Of a DNA stretch of 21,298 bases, positions 1-7,398 are shown one piece after another (position 1 is the stretch's first letter; every line of letters begins with the position of its first letter). The translations under genes were made by a program, and so were the position numbers. The stretch is from NCBI GenBank assembly GCA_045589035.1, contig JAZNFJ010000062.1:1-21298 (forward strand). Reading direction: 5' to 3'. A model generated the notes under the pieces. It was not told the DNA's origin. It did not search any database and saw only the letters and a program-made list of their open reading frames with translations. This DNA comes from Candidatus Avilachnospira sp. Lineage in GTDB: Bacteria > Bacillota > Clostridia > Oscillospirales > Oscillospiraceae.

Positions 1-799
1 CATTCAGTTCCTGCTGCATCCGGGCAGCGGCAGCTGCCGTTTCCATGGGCTTTGCCGAAAGCAGACCGGAAATCTGCCGGTTCTGCTCCCAAGTGCCCCG
101 GAGCAGGTCCAAAGCTCTGCCGCCTGCCAGCATTTCAATGCGGACACCCTCGTGGAATTTTACGCAGGAGAGGAATTTTATAAGACCGATCTCACCGGTA
201 TGTTTCACATGGACACCGCAGCAGGCGCACAGATCCACACCGGGGAAGCGGACGATTCGCACCTGACCGGTCAGCTCTTTTTTGCTGCGGTAGGGAAGGG
301 CTTCCAGTTCTTCTTCGTTGGGATACAGCACTTCCACCGGGGTGTTTTCCCAGATGGCGGCATTGGTCTTTGCCTCAATCTCTGCCAGCTGTTCCTCGGT
401 GATGGGACCGTCAAAATCGATGGTGACGGAATCCTTGCCCATGTGGAAGCCCACATTGCTGTAGCCGAAGGCCTGATGAATAAAGCCGCTGACCATGTGC
501 TCACCGCTGTGCTGCTGCATCAGCTGAAAACGCCAGTCCCAGTCAATGGTACATTCTGCTTCTGCACCCACTTCCACAGGGGCTTCGCAGTAGTGGACCA
601 CGTTGCCGCCGGCTTCGTGGGTGTCCGTGACGGTCACACCGCCGATCACACCCCGGTCACCGGGCTGTCCGCCTCCTTCGGGGTAGAAAGCGGTCTGGTC
701 CAAGATGACATCATAGCCATGCTTGCCCTGCTCACAGGAGAGGACCGTGGCGGTAAAGGTTTTCAGATGGGAATCCTGATAAAAGAGTTTTTCTGTCAT
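1..799 (-). CDS. alaX: AlaX-type alanyl-tRNA editing protein (Ser/Gly-tRNA(Ala) deacylase), N-terminal ~266 aa; the C-terminus runs off the left window edge
   Basis: Not in the ORF track because no stop lies in the window. My manual reverse-complement translation from ATG (797-799) gives MTEKLFYQDSHLKTFTATVLSCEQGKHGYDVILDQTAFYPEGGGQPGDRG...QQHSGEHMVSG...CACCGVHV...SAKPMETAAAAARMQQELN, open to base 1. The HxxxH and CxxxH zinc motifs are typical of the AlaRS editing / tRNA_SAD domain. It starts 11 nt after the ymdB stop. Confidence 0.8.
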   Translation of the reverse strand, partial: MTEKLFYQDSHLKTFTATVLSCEQGKHGYDVILDQTAFYPEGGGQPGDRGVIGGVTVTDTHEAGGNVVHYCEAPVEVGAEAECTIDWDWRFQLMQQHSGEHMVSGFIHQAFGYSNVGFHMGKDSVTIDFDGPITEEQLAEIEAKTNAAIWENTPVEVLYPNEEELEALPYRSKKELTGQVRIVRFPGVDLCACCGVHVKHTGEIGLIKFLSCVKFHEGVRIEMLAGGRALDLLRGTWEQNRQISGLLSAKPMETAAAAARMQQELN

Positions 800-810
800 G
801 GTATGTTCTC

Positions 811-1587
811 TCAATCTTTGATGATGATCTGTTCCACTGCCACGCAGCGGTTGGTTGCGGTGTCGAGGTCGAAAATCGCGCCGCAGAGCCAGCAGGGGCC
901 TTTGGCCGGCGCAAAACGGCTGGAAAGTTCGCCCTTAAAGAGGGCGATGGATTGGTTGGGGTCCACACCCAAGGCGCTGTCCATGGGGCCTGTCATGCCA
1001 AGATCGCTGATATAGCCTGTCCCTTGGGGTAAGATCCGAAGATCTGCCGTGGGTACATGGGTGTGAGTGCCCCAGCAGGCGGAAACTCTGCCGTCCAGAT
1101 AGAAGCCCATGGCCAGCTTTTCCGAAGTGGCTTCCGCATGGAAGTCCACCAGCACCGGCATGCCTTCCAGCTTGGGCAGAATAGTATCGATTTTGGTAAA
1201 GGGGTTGTCCGCATGGTTGTTCATCTGGAAGCGGCCGATGAGGTTGACCACGGCGATCTGACCAAAATTGGTGTCATAGATCCCAACCCCTCTGCCGGGC
1301 AGCTGGGGGGCGAAGTTGGCGGGTCGCAGAACACCGGACACATCATCCAGATAGGCGCAAAGCTCCCGGCGGTTGAAGGTATGGTTGCCCAGAGTGATCA
1401 CATCGGCACCGGCATCAAAGATCTCCTCCCCCTGCTTGGGCGTCATGCCGGTCATGGCGGCATTTTCGCCGTTGACCACGCAGAAGTGGATTTGCTTTTC
1501 TTTTTTCAGCTTTCGCAGATGTTTTTCCAAAAAACGAAGTCCCGGGTCACCGACAATATCTCCGATGGCTAGGATTCTTAGAATCAT
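811..1587 (-). CDS. ymdB: YmdB-family metallophosphoesterase (2',3'-cyclic-nucleotide phosphodiesterase, TIGR00282-like)
   Basis: 258 aa. MILRILAIGDIVGDPG...VVNGENAA...GNHTF...DFHAEATSEK...GTHTHVPTAD...GMTGP matches the B. subtilis YmdB motif pattern along its length. SD AGGTGA lies 7 nt upstream of the ATG. Confidence 0.9.
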   Translation of the reverse strand: MILRILAIGDIVGDPGLRFLEKHLRKLKKEKQIHFCVVNGENAAMTGMTPKQGEEIFDAGADVITLGNHTFNRRELCAYLDDVSGVLRPANFAPQLPGRGVGIYDTNFGQIAVVNLIGRFQMNNHADNPFTKIDTILPKLEGMPVLVDFHAEATSEKLAMGFYLDGRVSACWGTHTHVPTADLRILPQGTGYISDLGMTGPMDSALGVDPNQSIALFKGELSSRFAPAKGPCWLCGAIFDLDTATNRCVAVEQIIIKD

Positions 1588-1700
1588 AAAAATGTCACCT
1601 TTTCCCTTTTAAATCGATGGATTCCGAACTATTTTCCGACGAATGTCAAAAAAACGATTTGCGGCGGCAAAAAGCCTTGAAAAATCTATGCGGAATGGAC

Positions 1701-1729
1701 TTGACTTTTTCCATTATTTGTGCGATATT
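1701..1729 (+). promoter_or_regulatory. Candidate sigma-70 promoter for the cold-shock gene
   Basis: TTGACT (1701-1706), 17-nt spacer, TGc-GATATT (extended -10, 1724-1729). This would give a ~110-nt 5' UTR. Confidence 0.4.
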
Positions 1730-1844
1730 TGTCTAGTATTCACGGGCGCGATCTCCACATGTGCTTGCAATACTACGGTTGTGAGCATAGGGTGGAGATT
1801 TTTGTATGTTGTGGGTATAATATTCAACACGGAGGTACCACAAG

Positions 1845-2057
1845 ATGCTGAACGGAACTGTTAAATGGTTCAATGCAGAGAAAGGCTATGGCTTCATCTC
1901 CAACGATGATGGCAGCGGCGATGTGTTTGTCCATTTTTCCGCCATCCAGTGCGATGGTTTCAAGAAGCTGGAAGAGGGTCAGAAGGTTTCCTACGAAACT
2001 GAGCCCGATCCCAGAGATGACAGCAAGCTGCGTGCTGTCAATGTCACTGCCCTGTAA
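1845..2057 (+). CDS. cspA: Cold-shock protein, CspA family (CSD)
   Basis: 70 aa. [18 protein letters not shown]...DVFVHFSAI contains the RNP1/RNP2 motifs. SD GGAGG lies 9 nt upstream. Confidence 0.95.
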   Translation: MLNGTVKWFNAEKGYGFISNDDGSGDVFVHFSAIQCDGFKKLEEGQKVSYETEPDPRDDSKLRAVNVTAL

Positions 2058-2069
2058 GAGTTGTGATTA

Positions 2070-2106
2070 AAAAAGCCTGAACGGTTCAGCCGCTCAGGCT
2101 TTTTTG
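2070..2106. terminator. Bidirectional intrinsic terminator shared by csp (+) and mgtE (-)
   Basis: The hairpin is flanked by an A-run on the left and a T-run on the right. Stem GCCTGAACGG (2075-2084) pairs with CCGCTCAGGC (2090-2099) with one mismatch; the loop is 5 nt. Confidence 0.75.
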
Positions 2107-2110
2107 TGTT

Positions 2111-3484
2111 TTATAGAAGCAAGGCGTTGGCCACGGCGAAGTAGGCAAGCAATGAAAGGGCATCCACAATGGTGGTGATCAGAGGCGATGCCATGACTGC
2201 CGGATCAAGACCGACTTTTTTGGCCAAAATCGGCAGGATGCAGCCGATACTCTTGGCGGACATGACCACGAAGATCACGGTGATGCTGACCACCAGTGCC
2301 ACCAGAATGGTCACATCGGGGTTCTGCATGAGCATCCGGTCAACGAGCAGCATTTTGGCGAAGTTACAGACCGCCAGCACCGCACCGCAGAGAACGGATA
2401 CCCGGATCTCCTTCCAGATGATCCACGGCAGGTCTTTGAAATCCACCTCGTCCAGAGAAAGGCTTCGGATGACTGCAACGGAGGACTGGGAGCCGGAGTT
2501 ACCGCCGGTGCCCATGAGCATGGGGATAAAAGCGGTCAGCACGGCGCAGGCAGCCAATGCGCTTTCAAAATGCGTAATGATCAGGCCTGTAAAGGTGGAG
2601 GAAAGCATCAATATCAGCAGCCAGGGGATTCTTCGCTTGACCAGTTCCACGACACCTTCTCTGGCATAGGGCTTGTCAGAGGGCAGCATAGCGGCCATCA
2701 TTTCCATATCCTCCGTGGCCTCCACTTCCATGACGTCCATGGCGTCATCGAAGGTGGTGTTGCCGACCATACGCTGCTCGCCATCCACAACAGGCAAAGC
2801 CAGGAAGTTATACTTGGAGAACATCTGGGCGACCTGCTCCCGGTCATCATGGGTGCCTACGGAGATGACATTTTCCTCCATGATCTCGGCAATGGGCGTT
2901 TCGTCATCGTCGCACAAAAGCAGATCCTTGACGGATACCATGCCCAGAAGGCGGCGGTCCTTGGTCACATAGCAGGTGTAGATGGTTTCTTTGTCCACGC
3001 CGGTGCGGCGGATACGCAAAATGGCTTCTTCCACCGTCATACTGGGGCGCAAAGACACATACTCCGTGGTCATAATAGAACCGGCGGAGTCTTCCGGATA
3101 GCGGAGGATCTCGTTGATCTGCTTGCGCATATCGGGATCGGCTTGCGCCAGCACGCGCTTGACCACATTGGCGGGCATTTCTTCCACCATGTCAACGGCA
3201 TCGTCCACGAACATTTCGCTGAGCACCTGCTTCAGCTCCGTATCGGAAAAACTGCGGATCAACAGCTGCTGGGGTTCCGGTTCCATTTCCGCAAAGGCCT
3301 CTGCAGCCAGTTCCTTGGGAAGCAGCCGGAAGACCAAAGGCAGCTGGCTCTCTTCCAGTTCGTTGAGGATATCCGCCAGATCGGCAGAGTTCATGGTGGC
3401 CATGATGTCCCGCAGGGAGCGGTATTTCTTCTGCTCCAGAAGCTGCAGCAGGGTCTTTTCCATAAATACATTCTGCTCGGTCAT
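2111..3484 (-). CDS. mgtE: Magnesium transporter MgtE
   Basis: 457 aa with an N-terminal MgtE_N region (LADILNELEE), tandem CBS region and a C-terminal 5-TM domain ending ...GLDPAVMASPLITTIVDALSL. SD AAGGAGG lies upstream. Confidence 0.95.
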   Translation of the reverse strand: MTEQNVFMEKTLLQLLEQKKYRSLRDIMATMNSADLADILNELEESQLPLVFRLLPKELAAEAFAEMEPEPQQLLIRSFSDTELKQVLSEMFVDDAVDMVEEMPANVVKRVLAQADPDMRKQINEILRYPEDSAGSIMTTEYVSLRPSMTVEEAILRIRRTGVDKETIYTCYVTKDRRLLGMVSVKDLLLCDDDETPIAEIMEENVISVGTHDDREQVAQMFSKYNFLALPVVDGEQRMVGNTTFDDAMDVMEVEATEDMEMMAAMLPSDKPYAREGVVELVKRRIPWLLILMLSSTFTGLIITHFESALAACAVLTAFIPMLMGTGGNSGSQSSVAVIRSLSLDEVDFKDLPWIIWKEIRVSVLCGAVLAVCNFAKMLLVDRMLMQNPDVTILVALVVSITVIFVVMSAKSIGCILPILAKKVGLDPAVMASPLITTIVDALSLLAYFAVANALLL

Positions 3485-3515
3485 CGTGCCACCTCCTTTG
3501 CGAAATCTCTATTAT

Positions 3516-3544
3516 ATAGTATTCCCCGGAAAAAGGTTTGTCAA
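3516..3544 (-). promoter_or_regulatory. Candidate sigma-70 promoter for mgtE
   Basis: On the minus strand: TTGACA (3539-3544), 17-nt spacer, TACTAT (3516-3521). This leaves only a ~25-30-nt leader, which is too short for a riboswitch. Confidence 0.5.
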
Positions 3545-3587
3545 CGAATTTCTACAGCGTGTCAAAATGTCTTTTGCCCCGCTGTGC

Positions 3588-3611
3588 GGTTTTTCAAACC
3601 TTTGAAAAACC
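3588..3611. repeat. Perfect 11+11 palindrome GGTTTTTCAAA-cc-TTTGAAAAACC
   Basis: Read directly from the sequence. It lies 44-72 nt upstream of the mgtE -35 element and looks operator-like. Confidence 0.6.
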
Positions 3612-3623
3612 TGTTGATTGAAC

Positions 3624-3650
3624 GTGCAGGGGGCTCTTTGCCCCCTGCAC
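3624..3650. repeat. GC-rich perfect hairpin (11-bp stem GTGCAGGGGGC/GCCCCCTGCAC, 5-nt loop)
   Basis: Read directly from the sequence. There is no adjacent U-run on either strand, so it is not a canonical terminator. Confidence 0.6.
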
Positions 3651-3796
3651 ACAACCCCCGCTGCTCAATTTCAAAAATCTATTCCTTTTTTCATTGGCAG
3701 TTTCGTATTTTCTGCCACAAGAAGCGGTGGTATGGGTGTTCCAAGGCACAAGATAAGGTTTCTGCGGAAAAAGCCGCCAAAAAGCAGATTTTTTAG

Positions 3797-3826
3797 TTGA
3801 CATCTTGACATAAAATTTGTTATAAT
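3797..3826 (+). promoter_or_regulatory. Candidate strong sigma-70 promoter for rpmH-rnpA
   Basis: TTGACA (3797-3802), 18-nt spacer, TGt-TATAAT (extended -10, 3821-3826). Confidence 0.6.
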
Positions 3827-3918
3827 ACCTCGTGCGTATCCATGGGGTGCGCCCTCAATCACTCGCTGCGGCTGCCTGCCGGCAGCTGTTGAGCATATTT
3901 TTACAGGAGGTGTACACA

Positions 3919-4053
3919 ATGCTGCGTACCTATCAGCCCAAGAAGCGTCACAGATCCAAGGTGCATGGTTTCAGACAGAGAATGGCCACCAAGAACGGCC
4001 GCAAGGTTCTGGCTCGCCGTCGCGCCAAGGGCAGAGCAAAGCTGTCCGCCTAA
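3919..4053 (+). CDS. rpmH: 50S ribosomal protein L34
   Basis: The 44-aa protein [44 protein letters not shown] has the canonical L34 sequence. SD AGGAGG lies 8 nt upstream. The track ORF starting at 3832 is an upstream in-frame extension with no SD. Confidence 0.95.
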   Translation: MLRTYQPKKRHRSKVHGFRQRMATKNGRKVLARRRAKGRAKLSA

Positions 4054-4094
4054 GTTGTGTGGGCCGCGTATACCGCCAAACATTTAGAATTGAT

Positions 4095-4126
4095 ACGAGG
4101 CGAATAGCTCAGTCTGTTCGCCTCGT
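4095..4126 (+). promoter_or_regulatory. Stem-loop between rpmH and rnpA (possible partial terminator or processing site)
   Basis: 10-bp perfect stem ACGAGGCGAA/TTCGCCTCGT with a 12-nt loop. The downstream tract is only weakly U-rich. Confidence 0.35.
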
Positions 4127-4149
4127 CTGTCTATCAGGAGTCTGGTTTC

Positions 4150-4506
4150 ATGCAGTTTTCCCGTTCTCTCAAGCTGAACCATATCTTCCGCCGTCTCTAC
4201 CGCAAGGGTAATTCCTCTGCCAACCGGTATCTGGTGATCTATTGCCGGCGCAACGGCTCTTCCGAGAACCGCATCGGCTATACCGTCAGTGCCAAACTGG
4301 GCAAGGCTGTGGTCCGCAATCGGATCCGCCGCCGTCTGCGGGAGATTTACCGGCTTCACGAAGACCGGTTTCAGCCCGGCTGGGATTTGGTAGTAGTGGC
4401 ACGTTCCGCTGCTGTGGATGCTCCCTACAAAAAGCTGGAGGGGGCTTATCTGTCTTTGGCAGGGAAGCTGGATCTGCTGCGAAAAGAGGAAATTTCCAAT
4501 GGCTGA
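4150..4506 (+). CDS. rnpA: Ribonuclease P protein component
   Basis: 118 aa and basic, with ...[25 protein letters not shown]... (the RNR motif). It sits in the conserved position after rpmH. Confidence 0.93.
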   Translation: MQFSRSLKLNHIFRRLYRKGNSSANRYLVIYCRRNGSSENRIGYTVSAKLGKAVVRNRIRRRLREIYRLHEDRFQPGWDLVVVARSAAVDAPYKKLEGAYLSLAGKLDLLRKEEISNG

Positions 4507-4711
4507 TTTTTTTCTGAAACTCATTCAATTCTATCAGACCGGTATTTCGCCGTTTTTGCCTGCCCGGTGTCGGTATATCCCCACCTGCTCCCAGTATGCA
4601 CGGGAGGCCATCGAGAAATATGGCGTGGCAAAGGGCGGCTGGCTGGCGTTTAAGCGGATTTTACGCTGTCACCCATTCACGAAACGCGACAGGTTTGACC
4701 CCGTTCCTTAG
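4499..4711 (+). CDS. yidD: Membrane protein insertion efficiency factor YidD
   Basis: 70 aa from the ATG at 4499: [42 protein letters not shown]...RILRCHPF. It overlaps the rnpA stop by 8 nt. The track ORF from 4418 is an in-frame extension inside rnpA. Confidence 0.9.
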   Translation: MADFFLKLIQFYQTGISPFLPARCRYIPTCSQYAREAIEKYGVAKGGWLAFKRILRCHPFTKRDRFDPVP

Positions 4712-4741
4712 GAACAAATTCCCCATATTGGAGGAAACACA

Positions 4742-5929
4742 ATGGAATTCATTCGTATCCCCTTTGGCTACCTGCTGGACTGGCTGTATCAGTTTGCCGG
4801 CAACTACGGCGTTGCACTGATCCTCTTCTCCCTCGTTGTCAAGGTCGTTCTGTTCCCCATGAACGCCAAGAGCAAGAAGAGTATGCTGAAAATGTCCCGG
4901 GTGGCACCTCTGGCCAAGGCGCTGGAGGCAAAGTATGCCGATGACAAAGCCAAGTATCAGCAGGAAGTCATGAAGCTGTACAAGGAAGAAGGCGTTTCCA
5001 CCACCGGCGGGTGCCTGTGGAGCTTTATTCCGCTGCTCATTCTGTTACCTTTGTACTATGTCATCCGCGAACCCATCACCTATGTGATGCACATTCCCGC
5101 CGAACTTTCCGCTCAGATCGTGGAAGTCATCGGTGAGTTCGAGACACTGAAGGGCAACACATTCTATCATCAGCTATTTGCCGCCCAGTATATCGGTCAG
5201 TATACCAACGAAATTCTGGCCGCCATTCCTGAGCTGACCGCTGAGATGCTGCAGCCCATCGATTTCGGCTTCCTTGGCATTGACCTGGCCTCCATCCCCA
5301 GCTGGAAAGTCTGGCTGGCTACTTCCTGGAGTGCTGTGGGCGGTGCTGTGCTGGCTCTGATCTCCGGCGCATCCAACCTGCTGAACATGTGGATCAACCA
5401 GAAGCTGAATAACTCCGTTGCCACCAACGACAAGGGCGAGCAGGACGAAGCTGCCGCAAAGACAGCTCAGTCCATGAACACCATGATGTACATGATGCCC
5501 ATTATGTCCATCGTGTTCGGTTTCTCTATGCCCGCCGCCATCACCGTCTACTGGATCGCTCAGGCTGTGTTCAGCATGATCTTCGATTCCATCCTGACGG
5601 TTCACTACCGCAAGGTCTATGATGCCGAAGACGAGGTCCGCCGTGCAAAGGCTGCCGAACTGGCTGCCGCGGAGGCCGAAAAGGAGCGCATTCGCGCCGA
5701 GCGCCGTGCTGCAAATCCCGATGGCATCACCGAAAACACCAGCAAGAAGAAGCAGGAACGCAAGGAACGCGAAGAGCGGGAAGCCGCCATCAAGCGTTAC
5801 GAAATGGAAAAGGCCGGAATCGATCCCGATGCACAGGCAGAGGTGGACATGGAAAAGTGCCCCTCCGGTATTCCTGAGCGTCCCTACTGCAAGGGTCGTG
5901 CTTACCGCGCCGACCGCTATCAAAAGTAA
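4742..5929 (+). CDS. yidC: YidC/Oxa1-family membrane protein insertase with a long charged C-terminal tail
   Basis: 395 aa. ...GVALILFSLVVKVVLFPMNAKSKKSMLKM...YKEEGVS..GGCL is the typical YidC core. It ends in a ~105-aa K/R/E-rich tail. SD GGAGGA lies upstream. Confidence 0.92.
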   Translation: MEFIRIPFGYLLDWLYQFAGNYGVALILFSLVVKVVLFPMNAKSKKSMLKMSRVAPLAKALEAKYADDKAKYQQEVMKLYKEEGVSTTGGCLWSFIPLLILLPLYYVIREPITYVMHIPAELSAQIVEVIGEFETLKGNTFYHQLFAAQYIGQYTNEILAAIPELTAEMLQPIDFGFLGIDLASIPSWKVWLATSWSAVGGAVLALISGASNLLNMWINQKLNNSVATNDKGEQDEAAAKTAQSMNTMMYMMPIMSIVFGFSMPAAITVYWIAQAVFSMIFDSILTVHYRKVYDAEDEVRRAKAAELAAAEAEKERIRAERRAANPDGITENTSKKKQERKEREEREAAIKRYEMEKAGIDPDAQAEVDMEKCPSGIPERPYCKGRAYRADRYQK

Positions 5930-5957
5930 AACCGTCAATTGACGGAAGGAGTTTGGA

Positions 5958-6809
5958 ATGGAAAAGTTCATTACCGCCACCGGCAAGACCATTGATCTGG
6001 CCATTGAAGCTGCTCTGGAGCAGCTGAAAATGGATCGGGACAGTGTGTCTGTCGAGGTTCTGGAAAACCCCAAGTCCGGTTTTCTGGGATTTGGCTCTGC
6101 TCCCGCCAAGGTCAAGGTGACCTATGAGGCTCCCGACGAGGATCAGCCCAAGCCGGCTCTGTCCTCTGCCTCCCGCAGCAAGCCGAAGAAGACCGAACCC
6201 AAGCAGGAGGCTGTCCAGCCTCAGCCCATTAACCCCAAGCCTGCCAAGGCGGAAGCGCCCAAGCAGGAGAAGAAGCCCGCTGCTCCCAAGCAGGAAAAGA
6301 AGCCTGCCGCACCCAAGGAACCCGTTGCAGTGAAGGAGTACGCTCCCGCCGCCGAAGGCTCTATGGAGCAGCAGATCGAAGTGTTCATCAAGGGTCTGCT
6401 GGAGCACATGGGCTCCGATGCCGTGCCTCACGCATGGAAGACCGAAGGTGACACCTATCAGGTGGATCTGGTGGGCGAAAGCCTCGGCATGCTCATCGGC
6501 CGCCGTGGTGAAACCCTGGATGCCATTCAGCATCTGACCAACTACACCATCAACCGCGACAGCAACAAGCGCAGCCGCATCAATGTGGATGCCGAAAACT
6601 ACCGCCAGAAGCGGGAGGAAAGCCTGCGCCGTCTGGGCCAGAAGGTTGCCGGCAAGGTCATCAAGTACCGTCGCAACATCACCCTGGAGCCCATGAACGC
6701 TTACGAGCGTCATGTGATCCATGCTGCGCTGCAGGATGTGGAAGATGTGACCACCTATTCCGTGGGCACTGAACCCACCCGCCGCGTTGTGGTGTCCTAC
6801 AACAAGTAA
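5958..6809 (+). CDS. jag: Jag/KhpB RNA-binding protein (Jag_N + KH + R3H)
   Basis: 283 aa with MEKFITATGKTIDLAIEAALEQL (Jag_N), a P/K-rich linker, ...LIGRRGETLDAIQHL (KH) and ...LEPMNAYERHVIHAAL (R3H). It sits in the conserved position after yidC. Confidence 0.9.
   Translation: MEKFITATGKTIDLAIEAALEQLKMDRDSVSVEVLENPKSGFLGFGSAPAKVKVTYEAPDEDQPKPALSSASRSKPKKTEPKQEAVQPQPINPKPAKAEAPKQEKKPAAPKQEKKPAAPKEPVAVKEYAPAAEGSMEQQIEVFIKGLLEHMGSDAVPHAWKTEGDTYQVDLVGESLGMLIGRRGETLDAIQHLTNYTINRDSNKRSRINVDAENYRQKREESLRRLGQKVAGKVIKYRRNITLEPMNAYERHVIHAALQDVEDVTTYSVGTEPTRRVVVSYNK
6255..6320 (+). repeat. In-frame 27-bp tandem repeat (~2.4 copies) encoding APKQEKKPA in the Jag linker
   Basis: gcgcccaagcaggagaagaagcccgct / gctcccaagcaggaaaagaagcctgcc / gcacccaaggaa, read directly from the sequence. 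Confidence 0.7.
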
Positions 6810-6813
6810 TATG

Positions 6814-6848
6814 AAAAACCGCCTTCCCAACCGGGATGGCGGTTTTTT
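6814..6848 (+). terminator. Intrinsic terminator after jag
   Basis: AAAAACCGCC-t-TCCC-aacc-GGGA-t-GGCGGTTTTTT: a GC-rich stem followed by a T6 run. Confidence 0.8.
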
Positions 6849-6899
6849 GTATAAATAGTCTATGGCGATGAACAAAATGGCAGACTTGGATATTGACGA

Positions 6900-7350
6900 C
6901 CGCTTGTCAGCCTCCGGCGGCCAATGCTTTTGGCCAGTCCCAAAAGCATTGAATGAAAAGGACTGTGGGGGAGCGATGCGACCGCCGCCAGCGGCGGATA
7001 AAGGGAGCTGAGCGAGTGGCTGCGGTCAAAATTCTGTGAAGCGAATAGCGAGCAAAGAATTTTGGGTACCGCAACAGGGGACAGCACTCCCCCCCCCACT
7101 CCGGGTTGGAACTAAGGCTTTTTGCTGCACTTTGTTTGCAGAAAGCCAAGTTCCTGCCCAGCTGCTACAGTCGCTTTCTCTGCCACAGGCAGCGCTCCCT
7201 TGCAGCCCCCCTCCTGACCCTTGTCGCTTCTTTGGGTGGTGGTCGATAAAAAATGTATTGCTGCGTTTTTTGCTTGGCAGTGCATTTGATGCTTGTCATT
7301 GCGAGGCCTGCAATGCAAGCCGTGGCAATCCGTATATCTTACGGCCTTCA
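6900..7350. repeat. ORF-free, hairpin-dense noncoding block (REP/MITE-like repeats or a structured RNA; identity unknown)
   Basis: There are at least seven separate stem-loops. They lie at 6922-6951 (12-bp perfect stem), 6982-6997, 7027-7064, 7116-7147, 7180-7192, 7297-7315 and 7330-7344. A C9 tract lies at 7089-7097. No frame has an SD or a plausible protein composition. Confidence 0.4.
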
Positions 7351-7365
7351 TGTGCTGATGGAATC

Positions 7366-7398
7366 AAAAACGGACGAGTTTCAAACCCGTCCGTTTTT
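7366..7398 (-). terminator. Intrinsic terminator after aspS
   Basis: On the minus strand: ACAAAAACGGACGGGTTTGAAACTCGTCCGTTTTT. The stem is CGGACG/CGTCCG plus flanking pairs, followed by a T-run. Confidence 0.8.

Noticed and set aside
152-1015. 287-aa + strand ORF covering the left end of the window
   Set aside because: It is antisense to the alaX-type gene (edge-truncated and therefore missing from the ORF track) and to the end of ymdB. The minus-strand translation has clear HxxxH/CxxxH editing-domain motifs.
2570-3796. 408-aa ORF on the + strand antisense to mgtE and running into the intergenic region
   Set aside because: It is a shadow ORF of mgtE, and its tail crosses the mgtE promoter region with no coding signal.
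3485-3800. M-box (Mg2+) riboswitch in front of mgtE
   Set aside because: A good promoter sits only ~25-30 nt upstream of the start codon, and I see no GTTAGGTGAGGC-like M-box core on the minus strand.
3485-3918. oriC / DnaA-box cluster upstream of rpmH
   Set aside because: I scanned both strands by eye for TTATCCACA/TGTGGATAA allowing one mismatch and found none. There is also no AT-rich unwinding element. dnaA is not in the window.
3594-3919. Small ORFs (60-82 aa, both strands) in the mgtE/rpmH intergenic region, including a 22-aa basic peptide at 3732-3800
   Set aside because: None has a properly spaced SD. They overlap the promoter elements, and their composition is not protein-like.
5174-6875. 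313-aa and 361-aa ORFs on the - strand antisense to yidC and jag
   Set aside because: They are shadow ORFs; yidC and jag are in the conserved rnpA-yidD-yidC-jag order on the + strand.
6967-7200. Long-range inverted repeat GGGAGCGATGC / GCAGCGCTCCC within the noncoding block
   Set aside because: A 10/11 match at this distance is about what chance predicts for a 550-nt GC-rich segment: my rough estimate gives about one such pair.
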